Assembly: GCA_002306085.1 (NCBI GenBank)
Contig: DBRS01000017.1
Span: 1,482 to 65,481 of the forward strand
Origin: Candidatus Moranbacteria bacterium UBA1362
GTDB lineage: Bacteria; Patescibacteriota; Minisyncoccia; Moranbacterales; GWC2-37-73
Reading direction: 5' to 3'
DNA: 64,000 nucleotides
Part shown: positions 19,248 to 29,569 of the stretch, in pieces
Layout of the letters: the number at the start of each line of letters is the position of its first letter
How positions within the stretch are numbered: the first letter of the stretch is position 1
Made by a program: the position numbers and the translations under genes
Notes under the pieces: generated by a model
Databases searched by the model: none
The model's input: only the letters and a program-made list of their open reading frames with translations
Told to the model about the DNA's origin: nothing

Positions 19248-21881
19248 CTACCTCCCACAGCACTTCTTGTATTTCTTTCCGCTGCCGCAAGGACACGGAT
19301 CATTTCTTCCAACTTTGCTTTTGTTGATAATTGGCTGCTGCGGAGCAGGAGCTTCTCCTGTTTCAGTTTCTTTCGCCGCACCGAACTGCGAGACACTTTC
19401 TTCAGCGCCCTTATACTGGACATTTTTCGGCTGCTGCGGTTGCTGCGGACCTGCTGAAACCAACGAAACCCTAAAAATTGTTTTCACGGTTGTCGATCGC
19501 ATATTTTCAACAAGATGTGAAAACAAATTGTATGCCTCTTTCTTGTACTCAACAAGCGGATCGCGCTGCCCATATCCCCTGAGACCGATTCCCTGCCGCA
19601 AGTAGTCAATTTCATCAAGATGGTTCATCCAAAGAGTGTCTATGGTCTGCAGGATTACCGCCTTTTCAACTTGCCTCATAACTTCAGGACCGATTTCTTT
19701 TTCCTTTTGAATATATGCTTCTTTTGCTTTGCCTATCGCATATTCTGTCATTGCGGAAATTTTTTCAGCCACATCTTTGGCCTTATCGCTCCTGATGCCC
19801 TCAATTTTTTTGCGGTCTTGTCCTGAAAAAGGAAAAACATTTTGCAGTTCGGTGGAAATTAATTCCATGTTCCAGTCCTGTTCTTCTCCTACGCATTGAT
19901 TGGCAACAGTCCTCTCAATTTCTTCCTCTATGTAATTCGTCATCTCTTGCCTTGCGTCTTTGGATGCCAATATTTCTTTGCGTTTCTTGTAGATGACTTC
20001 ACGCTGCTTGTTCATCACGTCGTCATAGTCAAGCACGTGCTTTCGGATGTCGAAGTTATATCCTTCAATTTTCGATTGAGCGCTTTCAATTGTTTTAGAA
20101 ATGATTGAATTCTGGATAGGCTGATCTTCCGGAAGGCCAAGATTGTCCATCATATTCTTCAACTTATCACCACCAAATCTTCGCATAAGCTCATCCTCAA
20201 GTGAAACATAGAATTGGCTCATTCCCGGATCGCCCTGGCGACCGGCACGACCGCGAAGCTGATTGTCGATGCGCCGCGCCTCATGGCGTTCCGTTCCGAT
20301 AATATATAGTCCGCCAACCTCCCTCACTCCTTCTCCAAGTTTTATGTCTGTTCCGCGGCCGGCCATGTTGGTCGCGATTGTGACAGCGCCTTTCTGTCCC
20401 GCATTGGTAATGATGGAAGCTTCTTTTTCGTGATGCTTCGCGTTTAAAACTTCATGTTTGATGCCTTCGCGTTCAAGAAGCGCGCTCAGATATTCCGATT
20501 TCTCAATAGCAATCGTTCCGACCAAAAGAGGCTGTCCCTTTTTGTTCGCTTCTTTGATAAGCTCGACAATCGCATCGAATTTTCCTTTCTCAGTCTTATA
20601 GACCACATCCGGAAGATCTTTCCTGATCATCTGTTTGTTTGTCGGAATCTCGAGAACATCAAGCTTATATACTTTCGCAAATTCCTCCGCGCTTGTTGAC
20701 GCTGTTCCTGTCATTCCGGCAAGCTTCTTGTACATCCTGAAATAGTTCTGAAAAGTTATCGTCGCGAGTGTCCTGGATTCTTTCTGCACTTCCACACGTT
20801 CTTTTGCTTCGATTGCCTGATGCAGTCCGTCGCTGTAACGCCTTCCTTCCATGAGGCGTCCCGTAAAATCATCAACAATGATTACTTGACCGTCCTTCAC
20901 GACATAGTCACGATCACGCTTGAAAATCACCTGCGCTTTCAAAGACTGTTCAAGATGATGGACATAGTTTATCTTACCTACTTCGTAGATATTACCGACT
21001 CCAAGCTCTTTTTCAACTTTGGAAATTCCGGCTTCCGTGAGAGTCGCAGCTTTCATCTTTTCATCGACTTCATAATCTTCTTTTTCTTTGAGACGCGGAA
21101 CGATCTGCGCAAAGCGCTGATAGAGTTTCGTCGATTCGCTGTCGGGAGCGGAAATGATCAAAGGGGTTCTTGCTTCATCTATAAGTATCGAGTCAACTTC
21201 ATCCACAATCGCATAGTTCAATTCCCTTTGTGACATCTGATCAAGGCTCTGCACCATGTTGTCGCGGAGATAGTCAAAACCAAATTCATTATTAGTTCCG
21301 TACGTGATGTCTGCGGCATATGCCTCCCTACGCGTAATCTCCTTAAGATTTTCCATCTCAACGCTGACTTCATTCTTGTCGATCACTTTCGGTTCATAAA
21401 CATATGAAACGTCATGCATGATGCACGCAGTCGAAAGTCCCAACGCGTGATAGATCGAGCCCATCCAGTTGCAATCGCGTTTTGCGAGATAATCGTTGAC
21501 CGTTATCACGTGTACGCCTTTTCCTTCAATAGCATTAAGATATATAGCAAGAGTCGATGTCAGCGTTTTTCCTTCACCGGTCTTCATTTCAGTTATGGTT
21601 CCCTTATGAAGCGCTATCCCTCCCATGAGCTGAACGTCGTAGTGCCGTTCGCCAATGATCCTTTTTGCCGTTTCACGAACGACTGCAAATGCCTCAGGCA
21701 AAATATCGTCAAGAGTTTCGCCTTTTTTGAGCCTTTCCCTGAATTCATCGGTTTTAGTCTTGAGCCCTTCATCGGAAAGCGCAGATATTTTTTCTTCCCA
21801 CGCATTAACAGCCGCAACGATCGGCTGCAGCCTCCTTATTTCCCTCTCATTTGATCCAAATATCTTGCTTAAAAAATCCAT
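19248..21881 (-). CDS. secA: Preprotein translocase ATPase SecA
   Basis: [50 protein letters not shown]-terminal [18 protein letters not shown]. Confidence 0.98.
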   Translation of the reverse strand: MDFLSKIFGSNEREIRRLQPIVAAVNAWEEKISALSDEGLKTKTDEFRERLKKGETLDDILPEAFAVVRETAKRIIGERHYDVQLMGGIALHKGTITEMKTGEGKTLTSTLAIYLNAIEGKGVHVITVNDYLAKRDCNWMGSIYHALGLSTACIMHDVSYVYEPKVIDKNEVSVEMENLKEITRREAYAADITYGTNNEFGFDYLRDNMVQSLDQMSQRELNYAIVDEVDSILIDEARTPLIISAPDSESTKLYQRFAQIVPRLKEKEDYEVDEKMKAATLTEAGISKVEKELGVGNIYEVGKINYVHHLEQSLKAQVIFKRDRDYVVKDGQVIIVDDFTGRLMEGRRYSDGLHQAIEAKERVEVQKESRTLATITFQNYFRMYKKLAGMTGTASTSAEEFAKVYKLDVLEIPTNKQMIRKDLPDVVYKTEKGKFDAIVELIKEANKKGQPLLVGTIAIEKSEYLSALLEREGIKHEVLNAKHHEKEASIITNAGQKGAVTIATNMAGRGTDIKLGEGVREVGGLYIIGTERHEARRIDNQLRGRAGRQGDPGMSQFYVSLEDELMRRFGGDKLKNMMDNLGLPEDQPIQNSIISKTIESAQSKIEGYNFDIRKHVLDYDDVMNKQREVIYKKRKEILASKDARQEMTNYIEEEIERTVANQCVGEEQDWNMELISTELQNVFPFSGQDRKKIEGIRSDKAKDVAEKISAMTEYAIGKAKEAYIQKEKEIGPEVMRQVEKAVILQTIDTLWMNHLDEIDYLRQGIGLRGYGQRDPLVEYKKEAYNLFSHLVENMRSTTVKTIFRVSLVSAGPQQPQQPKNVQYKGAEESVSQFGAAKETETGEAPAPQQPIINKSKVGRNDPCPCGSGKKYKKCCGR

Positions 21882-22031
21882 ACAATAGTTTTTAGAAATT
21901 CAGCATGTTTAAAAGTTAGTCAAGTAGATTTAAATTGTACTTCTTGATGAACTTGTTGCTTGATAAAAATATAATCAGGGCTCCGCCAGAAGCCAATATA
22001 CATTACGTCTTCAAAATCGCTTTCTTTGCAC

Positions 22032-22060
22032 ATTTTATACCCAAAAAAGCCCCGAGTCAA
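22032..22060 (-). promoter_or_regulatory. Sigma70-type promoter upstream of secA
   Basis: TTGACT (22060-22055), 17 bp spacer, TAAAAT (22037-22032). Confidence 0.6.
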
Positions 22061-22208
22061 AGGCTTTCCATATTATAAATACGACCTATTTTTACTGCCG
22101 CATATACTATTATGTATGGCAGCGGATGCATTATCTTATTTGCCATTAACTTTTTTAACAACAACTTGGGTCAAAGGATTCTTGGTAAGGAGTATGGTAA
22201 GTAATATA

Positions 22209-22577
22209 TTACTTACTTATACAGCCCTCTTCCCATGTTCTTAGGCATTTTTGTTTTTCTTCGCACCAAACGTAGCCTGCAGAACCTATGCACCCGTGTT
22301 CATCCCGATCGTTTCCGACCACTTGTTGCGGACCGTTGTTCACTGCATCCTGTTTGCCGTTTTCCGGACATGGCGCAAATTCACAACTCGGTCCTGTCCT
22401 GCCGACGCTAGATCCGTCAGGACAAATTTTCGCTTCTTCCGTACAAGCCCTTTGATGATCATCACCTGCTGGTTGTTGGCCATTTATCTTATTCTGCCAA
22501 TAAAATACTCCTCCTATTGCAACAGCAACTAATAAAATTATTCCTACTGCAACTTCGCTTGCGATTTTTTTGTTCAT
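22209..22577 (-). CDS. Membrane-anchored protein with two small Cys-rich extracellular modules
   Basis: N-terminal TM helix; ACTEEAKICPDGSSVGRTGPSCEFAPCP and DRDEHGCIGSAGYVWCEEKQKCLRTWEEGC. Start taken at ATG 22577. Confidence 0.8.
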   Translation of the reverse strand: MNKKIASEVAVGIILLVAVAIGGVFYWQNKINGQQPAGDDHQRACTEEAKICPDGSSVGRTGPSCEFAPCPENGKQDAVNNGPQQVVGNDRDEHGCIGSAGYVWCEEKQKCLRTWEEGCISK

Positions 22578-22611
22578 ATTTTTGCAAAATTTATCGGCCG
22601 TAAACTGCACA

Positions 22612-22962
22612 TTATTCCTCCCCGACCATTTTCTTCTTGAGATCTCTCGCTCCCTTCTTCTGAAGAGTCTCGGTCTTGCCTTTTACGTGTGTGATCTGAT
22701 TTTGGAGCTCATCAACAACCATATCAACGGAGCCCTCAATGCTGTCCGTCGTGTTGTCGGCCCTAAACATGTCGCGCGGAGTAAACAGCATCACCTCAAC
22801 TCTGAATTTTCCCTTTTTGTCCTTATCAATTTCCACTTCAGCTTTCAGTATATTTTCAATATACCTGTCCAAACCGTTCAGCCGTTTCCTCACATATCCC
22901 TCGGTCCTTTCATCGATCTTCACGCCTTTGAACAAAAATTTCATGTTTTCTTTGATTGCCAT
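22612..22962 (-). CDS. raiA: Ribosome hibernation factor HPF/RaiA
   Basis: YVRKRLNGLDRY, FRVEVML, SIEGSVDMVVDELQNQI match the HPF pattern; located upstream of secA as in many bacteria. Confidence 0.8.
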   Translation of the reverse strand: MAIKENMKFLFKGVKIDERTEGYVRKRLNGLDRYIENILKAEVEIDKDKKGKFRVEVMLFTPRDMFRADNTTDSIEGSVDMVVDELQNQITHVKGKTETLQKKGARDLKKKMVGEE

Positions 22963-23008
22963 GATTTTATTTTTAAATTATTAACAGATAACAAATTAAA
23001 ATAGCTTA

Positions 23009-23938
23009 TTAAAACCCGACATAATTAACTTCTTCCTGCAGCTGCACTCCGAACTTGCTGCGAATCTGTTGCTTGATAAAACTTGCCAATATTATTACAT
23101 TTTCGGCAGTGGCATTATCCGCGTTTATCAGGAAGTTGCCATGCTTCTCGCTAACAGCAGCCCCTCCGATTTTTTTCCCGCAGAGACCGGCTCTTTCAAT
23201 CAGCCACCCGGCCGGGATGGTGCTGCCCCTCAGCCGCTGTCCGGTATCTTTTTCGAATTCAGATCTCAATTTTTCATCAGACACTTCGGGATTCATAAAA
23301 AATGAACCGGCACTCTTGAGACCATAGAGTCCACTGCTGTTCCTTTTGGAAAGTAATTCCTTCACCTTTTGCAGAAGCTCCTCTGAGTTTCCTTTTTCCA
23401 AAACAAAACTCACTGAAACAATAATGAGATGCTTGTTTTTCTTAAAGATACTCTTCCTGTATCCGAATTCCGACTCTTCTTTCCCGTACTCTTTTTCCTG
23501 AGATGTCTTAGCATCAAAAACGCTGATGCTTTTTATGCGTTCGCTTATTTCCGATCCATACGCTCCGGCATTGCCGCGCACGGCTCCTCCCAATGTTCCG
23601 GGAATTCCGGCAAGCGATTCCAAGCCTGCAAGACCGGCTTCCGCAACAGCATTTACGATTCCCAAAAGAGACGCACCTGCCCCCGCCGTCACTTCATTTC
23701 CTTCTATTTTCACTCTTTCGTTCCTAATCCTAATAATTAATCCGGAAAATCCTTTGTCACTGAACAAAACATTCGTGCCGCCTCCGAGAACATAGAAATC
23801 AAGCCTGTTTTCCTTTGCAAACTTCAAGGCTTCTTTGAGCTCACTGACAGTTTTTACTTCCGCATAAAAATCAGCGTTTCCGCCGATCTTGAAAGAGGAC
23901 ATCGGCGCTAACGGCGCATTTTTTTCGATATTGATCAT
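23009..23938 (-). CDS. murB: UDP-N-acetylenolpyruvoylglucosamine reductase
   Basis: FKIGGNA, GGGTNVL, GIPGTLGGAVRGNAGAYG, FGYRKS, SAGSFFMNP, KHGNFLIN. Confidence 0.96.
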   Translation of the reverse strand: MINIEKNAPLAPMSSFKIGGNADFYAEVKTVSELKEALKFAKENRLDFYVLGGGTNVLFSDKGFSGLIIRIRNERVKIEGNEVTAGAGASLLGIVNAVAEAGLAGLESLAGIPGTLGGAVRGNAGAYGSEISERIKSISVFDAKTSQEKEYGKEESEFGYRKSIFKKNKHLIIVSVSFVLEKGNSEELLQKVKELLSKRNSSGLYGLKSAGSFFMNPEVSDEKLRSEFEKDTGQRLRGSTIPAGWLIERAGLCGKKIGGAAVSEKHGNFLINADNATAENVIILASFIKQQIRSKFGVQLQEEVNYVGF

Positions 23939-23948
23939 TTGTTTTTGA

Positions 23949-25337
23949 TTAGTTTTGTTTGTTAATTTCAACCAGTTTCTTCGCTATTTTCCAAACATCG
24001 CCCGCTCCCATCGTGATAAGCACGTCATATCTTCCATAAGTTTCGACAAGATAACGCACTGCCTCATCCATTGTCGGAATATAGTCGGCACGTCCAGGAA
24101 GATATTTGTTGATCAATTCTACCAGATCCTTTGAAGAAATTCCGCCATGAAGTTCGCGAACACTTCCGTAGATATCAATCACTATCACTCTATCCGTATC
24201 TTCAAAGCTTTGCGAAAATTCCTGAAGTAAGGCTTTTGTTCTTGTGAACGTGTGCGGATGAAAAACCGTCCATATGTTTTTTTCCGGGAAATATCCGCGC
24301 GCTCCCTGAAGGGTCGCTTTTATTTCATCAGGATGATGCGCGTAATCATCAATCACAATAACATCTTGAAACATTCCAACCTTTTCAAATCTCCTCGATG
24401 TTCCCTTAAATTCCTTAATTGCCTTTCTGATTTTTTCTATGTCCAGTTTCATCTCGAAACAAAGGGCAATGACGGATGCCGCGTTGAGCACGTTATGCCT
24501 CCCAACAAGCGCGATTTCAAAGTTTCCCAAATTCTTGTCTTCACAGACAATTTCAAAGCTTTGCGTTCCGCCTTTTTCCATGCTTTTTTGTTCATGGTTC
24601 ACAATTCTATAATAATTATCCTCTCCAAAACCGTAGGTGACTACAGGGCAACGCGCATTTTCGGCAATTTCCAGCGTATCACTGCTGTCTCCCCAAACGA
24701 CCAAGAAGCCCGTAATCGGGATTTTTTTCACAAACTCCCTGAAAACATCTTTATAAGACGAAAAATTAACGAAAAAATCCGGATGATCCCAGTCCACACT
24801 CGCAAGAATAACGGACCATGGATTATAATACTGAAGCTTGTTCTGATATTCGTCGGCTTCTGCTATGAAATATTCTCCTTTACCCAGAAGAACATTCGTT
24901 TTCCAATCTGCAACCTGGCTTCCCACCAGAGCGATCGGCGAAGCATTAAGTTTCAACATCACGTCGGCGAGCAGCGCCGTCGTCGTTGTTTTTCCGTGAG
25001 TGCCGCAAACTGCTATGCCCGCTTTTTCATTAAAAAGTCTTCCGAGCGCTTCGCTGTAGGAATAAATTCGTATTCCCCTTTTCTTCAGTTCCGCAATTTC
25101 CACATTGTCATCGTTAAAAGCGCTCGATTTTATCGCAAATTCAATCCCGTCGGGAATGTTTTTTTTGTCGAAATTTTGAAAAACCTTAATATTTTTCCCC
25201 TCCAAAACACGCCAATAAAAATGATCCCCGTTATCGCTCCCCAAAACTTCATAACCCATGCTTGCATATATTTGAGCAAGCGCTGATGTTCCGGATCCTT
25301 CAATTCCCACAATATAGATTTTTCTCCGATTTTCCAT
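23949..25337 (-). CDS. murC: UDP-N-acetylmuramate--L-alanine ligase
   Basis: VGIEGSGTSALA, GTHGKTTT, EADEY, DWDHPD, RRFE, DDYAHHPDE, FHPH, MGAGD. Start taken at ATG 25337. Confidence 0.96.
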   Translation of the reverse strand: MENRRKIYIVGIEGSGTSALAQIYASMGYEVLGSDNGDHFYWRVLEGKNIKVFQNFDKKNIPDGIEFAIKSSAFNDDNVEIAELKKRGIRIYSYSEALGRLFNEKAGIAVCGTHGKTTTTALLADVMLKLNASPIALVGSQVADWKTNVLLGKGEYFIAEADEYQNKLQYYNPWSVILASVDWDHPDFFVNFSSYKDVFREFVKKIPITGFLVVWGDSSDTLEIAENARCPVVTYGFGEDNYYRIVNHEQKSMEKGGTQSFEIVCEDKNLGNFEIALVGRHNVLNAASVIALCFEMKLDIEKIRKAIKEFKGTSRRFEKVGMFQDVIVIDDYAHHPDEIKATLQGARGYFPEKNIWTVFHPHTFTRTKALLQEFSQSFEDTDRVIVIDIYGSVRELHGGISSKDLVELINKYLPGRADYIPTMDEAVRYLVETYGRYDVLITMGAGDVWKIAKKLVEINKQN

Positions 25338-25406
25338 ATGCGTGTTTCTGAAAATGTTAAGCGATGTTTCAGGATACCATACCACAAGATATGCGCAACA
25401 AAAAAA

Positions 25407-26516
25407 TCAGGATTTCGCTATTTCAATCACGGCGTTCGCCACAACTTCGGCAGCATTCGGATGATAGAAAGTCTTTATTTTTTCAGACATTGCCTGATAC
25501 AAATCATTATCGCCCAAAATATAATCTACTTTATCAATCAATATATTCTCTACAAGATTGGGCTCTTCCAACACGATCGCCGCTCCTATTTTTGCAAGAG
25601 AATAGGCATTCATGCGCTGGTGGTCATTGGCGCTTTCAGCGATCGGAACCAGGATAGCCGGTTTAGCATTAGCAGCTATTTCTGTGATAAAAGTGGCTCC
25701 CGCACGACTTATCACTAGATCAGCAAGCGCAAACGAATCTCTGATCTGATTCGAGTTCATGAAGGGAACTGCAAAATATCCGCCACGCCCGCTTTTCACT
25801 CCCATATAAGCCGCATTACTTTTAACTTCGGCAAAGTTCGCTTCGCCTGTCTGATGGATGACCTGATAGCGCTGTAGAAGTTTTGGCAAAATTTTGACAA
25901 TCGCATCATTTATAACTTTTGAACCCTGGCTTCCGCCCAGGACCAGGACGGTCTTCTTCCCTTCGGTGAAATTCAGCTGGTTGCGCAGCATAACAGGATC
26001 CCCATCAGTGACCTGAAAACGAATCGGATTTCCAATGAGGGCTGTTTTTTCTTTCGGAAAATATTCTCCAGCAGAAGGATAGGCAATGGCAATACGCCTC
26101 GCAAATTTCGACAAAAATCTATTCGCGGTTCCGGGAATCGAATCGGATTCATGAATCATGACCGGTATGCGATAGACCCACGCAGCCAAAACGACAGGAA
26201 TTGCAACATATCCGCCTTTGGAGAACACAGCATCGGGCATATATCTCAGAAGTATCCACAGTGACTGAAAAAACCCCACAGGCACTCTGAAAAAATCAAT
26301 GAAATTCTGCAGCGAAAAATATCTTCTCATTTTTCCGCTTTGCACAAATTTTACGGGGATATTCTCCTCCGCCATCATTTTCTTTTCCATTTCGGCGCCA
26401 GACCCGATATACAGAATATCCGCCTCCGGTCCGAGCTTCTCCTTTATCTTTTTTGCAACTGCTATAAGGGGCGTTAAATGCCCTCCTGTTCCGCCTCCGG
26501 TCAATACTATACGCAT
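25407..26516 (-). CDS. murG: MurG GlcNAc transferase
   Basis: TGGGTGGH, KGGYV, HESD, GNPIR, GGSQG, SRAGA, HQRMNA. Confidence 0.97.
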   Translation of the reverse strand: MRIVLTGGGTGGHLTPLIAVAKKIKEKLGPEADILYIGSGAEMEKKMMAEENIPVKFVQSGKMRRYFSLQNFIDFFRVPVGFFQSLWILLRYMPDAVFSKGGYVAIPVVLAAWVYRIPVMIHESDSIPGTANRFLSKFARRIAIAYPSAGEYFPKEKTALIGNPIRFQVTDGDPVMLRNQLNFTEGKKTVLVLGGSQGSKVINDAIVKILPKLLQRYQVIHQTGEANFAEVKSNAAYMGVKSGRGGYFAVPFMNSNQIRDSFALADLVISRAGATFITEIAANAKPAILVPIAESANDHQRMNAYSLAKIGAAIVLEEPNLVENILIDKVDYILGDNDLYQAMSEKIKTFYHPNAAEVVANAVIEIAKS

Positions 26517-26675
26517 AGAAATTTGATTGATTATTAGTTACACAGGCAATAAATTTGGTTTTTGGCCACAAACCCTTAATGACCAATAATAGGTGACTTG
26601 TTCTACATCTAATGACTTATCAGCTTATAGTTTTATTTAATAATATCAATTTTACATCGAAAAATCCAATATTTT

Positions 26676-27776
26676 TTATATTCTCGAATGCCTGGACAAG
26701 TTAAGCAAAATTCCTACAGCCGACATCAAAAACACCAGCGACGTTCCTCCATAACTTATAAAAGGCATGGGAACTCCGGTTAACGGCACCAGTGCAACGT
26801 TGGCGCTTATGTTTATGAATGCCTGAAACACGATCCACATGGTTATGCCTATAGCCAGAAGCCGTCCGAAAAAATCAGGCGCGTTTTTTGCGATCTTTAT
26901 ACCCCTCAGGGCAAGCATAAAGAACAGGATAATTAACACCGACGCTCCTAATATTCCCAACTCTTCGCCTATTATCGCAAAAATGGAATCCCCCACCGGT
27001 TCGGGAAGATAGTTAAATTTCTGCCTGCTATGACCGAGCCCTACTCCCAAAATCCCTCCCGATCCTATCGCAAGCAAAGCCTGATTTATCTGATAGCCCG
27101 TTCCTTGAGGATCAGCCTGCGGATTTAAAAACGTCATTATCCGGTTTAACCGATAAGGCTCCAGTTTAATCAGCACCCAAAGAATAAGCAAACCCATCAG
27201 ACCCAACAAGCCTATATGCCTGAAATTCGCTCCTGCCACAAAAAAAATAGCCAGCGAAGTCAACACTATTATGCCAAAGGTTCCCGTATCAGGTTGATTC
27301 ATAATAAGAACTCCTATCAATCCCAATATTCCGACAAACGGGAGCAGTCCTTCATAGACATCCTTTATTCTATTTATTCCTCGGCTCTCCAGCCATGCAG
27401 CCAGATATAAAACCATGGACAATTTGGCCATTTCTGAAGGCTGAAATGAGAAAGGACCGAGCTGTATCCAACGGCTTGCGCCGTACACCTTCGATCCAAT
27501 TCCTGGCACAAAAACCAAAAGCAGGAAAATTATCGACAAAAAAAAGAAAGGCACTGATATTTTTTTCCAAAAAGAATAATTTATTTTCGAAAAAAAATAT
27601 AGCGCGGCCAAGCCTGGAATGACCCCGTAAATCAGCTGATGCTTGAAAAAATAATATTTGTCTTCAAAGCGCGTCTCGCTATAGATCACTCCCGCACTCG
27701 CTATCATGACCAAGCCGAAAACAAGAAGGATCAAGACGATACTCAGCAATATTTTGTCAGCATTTCTTGAATGCAT
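26676..27776 (-). CDS. ftsW: SEDS peptidoglycan polymerase FtsW
   Basis: GASRWI, FQPSEMAK, QPDTG, GYQINQ, YLPEPVGDSIFAIIGEELG, TGVPMPFISYGG; lies upstream of murG. Confidence 0.95.
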   Translation of the reverse strand: MHSRNADKILLSIVLILLVFGLVMIASAGVIYSETRFEDKYYFFKHQLIYGVIPGLAALYFFSKINYSFWKKISVPFFFLSIIFLLLVFVPGIGSKVYGASRWIQLGPFSFQPSEMAKLSMVLYLAAWLESRGINRIKDVYEGLLPFVGILGLIGVLIMNQPDTGTFGIIVLTSLAIFFVAGANFRHIGLLGLMGLLILWVLIKLEPYRLNRIMTFLNPQADPQGTGYQINQALLAIGSGGILGVGLGHSRQKFNYLPEPVGDSIFAIIGEELGILGASVLIILFFMLALRGIKIAKNAPDFFGRLLAIGITMWIVFQAFINISANVALVPLTGVPMPFISYGGTSLVFLMSAVGILLNLSRHSRI

Positions 27777-27862
27777 GGGAATAACTAATTATCAATAACT
27801 ATATTAATAAAACTTATAATCTTTTTACAAATCCTGCTAACTTGATAAGTTTTATAAACTTT

Positions 27863-29464
27863 TTAGCTCACGTTCAATCCCGTTGGATTCGCCGGCGCGG
27901 CCATGTCAAGATCGGCATAATAACCCATATTGGGACAAATACTCGGATCCTGCAGATGAAAATTGCTTTGAGCGGCATCAACAAATATCGATTGCGGATC
28001 GCTTCTAATTATTATCAGCGAATCGGGATCGAAGCCGAAAATGTTCCGAGCTTGAGTATAGGTATAATGTTCCACTCCTGACGGCATATAACGGGAAGCA
28101 AATTGAAAATCCGAATGAGGAGAAATGAAGCAGTTGTTGTTTGATGTCACCTGCTGCAACAAAGATTCCGCCACGTTTTCGGCGTCGGTATAAACTTCGC
28201 TTTTTGAAATATACGCGGGAGTGTCCCAATTGGCCCCCTGAACCCTCGAATTCAAACCACAGAAAATATTGTTGCGGATCGTATGTCCGGTGCCAGTCCA
28301 CAAAGACATCAAAAGATCAAGCCCGACGAAAGTATTATACTCAACAGTGGCGTTTTGTCCGGCAATAGCAACCAACCTGGGATCATTCATGATACCGTCA
28401 CTGTTGTTTCCCATTGCCCTAAACCCCCTGTCAACATTGTAGCTGAGATTGCGCACAAAATGCATATTTGAAGCTACAATAGTGCCAAGGCTTCCGCAAT
28501 CATGAATAATATTGTTTTCTATAAGAACAGGTCCGGCGGTGCAATTCTTAAAAAAGAACGCTTGAGGAACTTCATATATTTCATTATTCTTTATTTCTAT
28601 ATATCCCGTTCCTCCGCCTTCAAATCCCAAATACGATTGCCTTGAAAGCATCGTTACTGCTCCAAAATGCTGCGCATCAATAACGCCGTCCCATTGGTTC
28701 GGTTGCTCCCAATCATATATTCCATGTAACTTGTTGCCGTGTATGAAAATATTATACGGGCCTCCCCAGTCTCCTCTGTCGATCCGGACAATTCCCGGAT
28801 TATCTCCGCCGTCACAGGCAATGTCATGAATATTGTTATTTTTTATAGTTATATCATGTGTTTGAGCACTTTGTGTTCCTCCTTCAACATTCACAATGCC
28901 ACCCATTATTTCAAATCCCTCGATAACCCAATATGCCTTGAGGCCCACCGTGACAGCTCTCTTGAAAACTTCGCCATTGGGAGGAAATCCGGGATCAAAC
29001 CTTTGATCCGTTAAATCCAAAATTGGGGTCTCACCCGGATAGTTTCTGACAGTAATCGGATTGTTTTCCGCACCGCTGGCTATGGAATACGCGGGATGAT
29101 TCGACGCCCAGCCGCTAAAGTCTTTTATGCTTATAAATCCATAAGCGTCCTTGAAGCAATATCCATCTGTTAGTTTCTGCCCTTCCGGACAACTGGTTGC
29201 GCCAGCGCTGCTGGCGTCTCTTGCAATGCCTCTCACCATCGCATTGTCAAAATCATACGTGCCGCCACGCGCATATATCGTGTCCCCCGCTTGCGCCCTT
29301 GTGAGCGCCGGTAAAAATGTCTTGAATGGTTCCACTATGGTTCCGGATGCGACATCGTTTCCGTCAGGTGCGACATAATATTCCGCCGCTTCGGAATTTT
29401 TCGTAAAGCAAAAAAAACTGAGAAAAAGCACTGATAAAATTAATTTTCGAGCATGTCTTTTCAT
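27863..29464 (-). CDS. Secreted right-handed beta-helix (pectate-lyase-9/DUF1565-like) protein with conserved C-terminal tail
   Basis: Sec signal MKRHARK...SEA/A; YYVAPDGND...GTIVEPFKT, AGDTIYARGGTY, PITVRNYPGETPILD; repeated IxNNxIH turns; ends DMAAPANPTGLNVS. Start moved to ATG 29464. Confidence 0.8.
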   Translation of the reverse strand: MKRHARKLILSVLFLSFFCFTKNSEAAEYYVAPDGNDVASGTIVEPFKTFLPALTRAQAGDTIYARGGTYDFDNAMVRGIARDASSAGATSCPEGQKLTDGYCFKDAYGFISIKDFSGWASNHPAYSIASGAENNPITVRNYPGETPILDLTDQRFDPGFPPNGEVFKRAVTVGLKAYWVIEGFEIMGGIVNVEGGTQSAQTHDITIKNNNIHDIACDGGDNPGIVRIDRGDWGGPYNIFIHGNKLHGIYDWEQPNQWDGVIDAQHFGAVTMLSRQSYLGFEGGGTGYIEIKNNEIYEVPQAFFFKNCTAGPVLIENNIIHDCGSLGTIVASNMHFVRNLSYNVDRGFRAMGNNSDGIMNDPRLVAIAGQNATVEYNTFVGLDLLMSLWTGTGHTIRNNIFCGLNSRVQGANWDTPAYISKSEVYTDAENVAESLLQQVTSNNNCFISPHSDFQFASRYMPSGVEHYTYTQARNIFGFDPDSLIIIRSDPQSIFVDAAQSNFHLQDPSICPNMGYYADLDMAAPANPTGLNVS

Positions 29465-29469
29465 ATTTT

Positions 29470-29501
29470 TTACGTAAGGTTTTACGTAAAACATTACGTA
29501 C
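29470..29501. promoter_or_regulatory. Three TTACGTA(A/C) units at 12-bp period (putative operator)
   Basis: Units at 29470, 29482 and 29494. A TGgTATAAG -10-like element is adjacent (29509-29501); the array ends 5 bp before the ATG. Confidence 0.75.
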
Positions 29502-29569
29502 TTATACCATTTTTATCGAAATCAGATTTTTCAGATGAGGAGTTTAATTCCCAAAACCTTTTTGTATTT

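Noticed and set aside
24252-25286. 344-aa plus-strand ORF
   Set aside because: It is entirely antisense to murC and has no recognisable motif; a shadow ORF.
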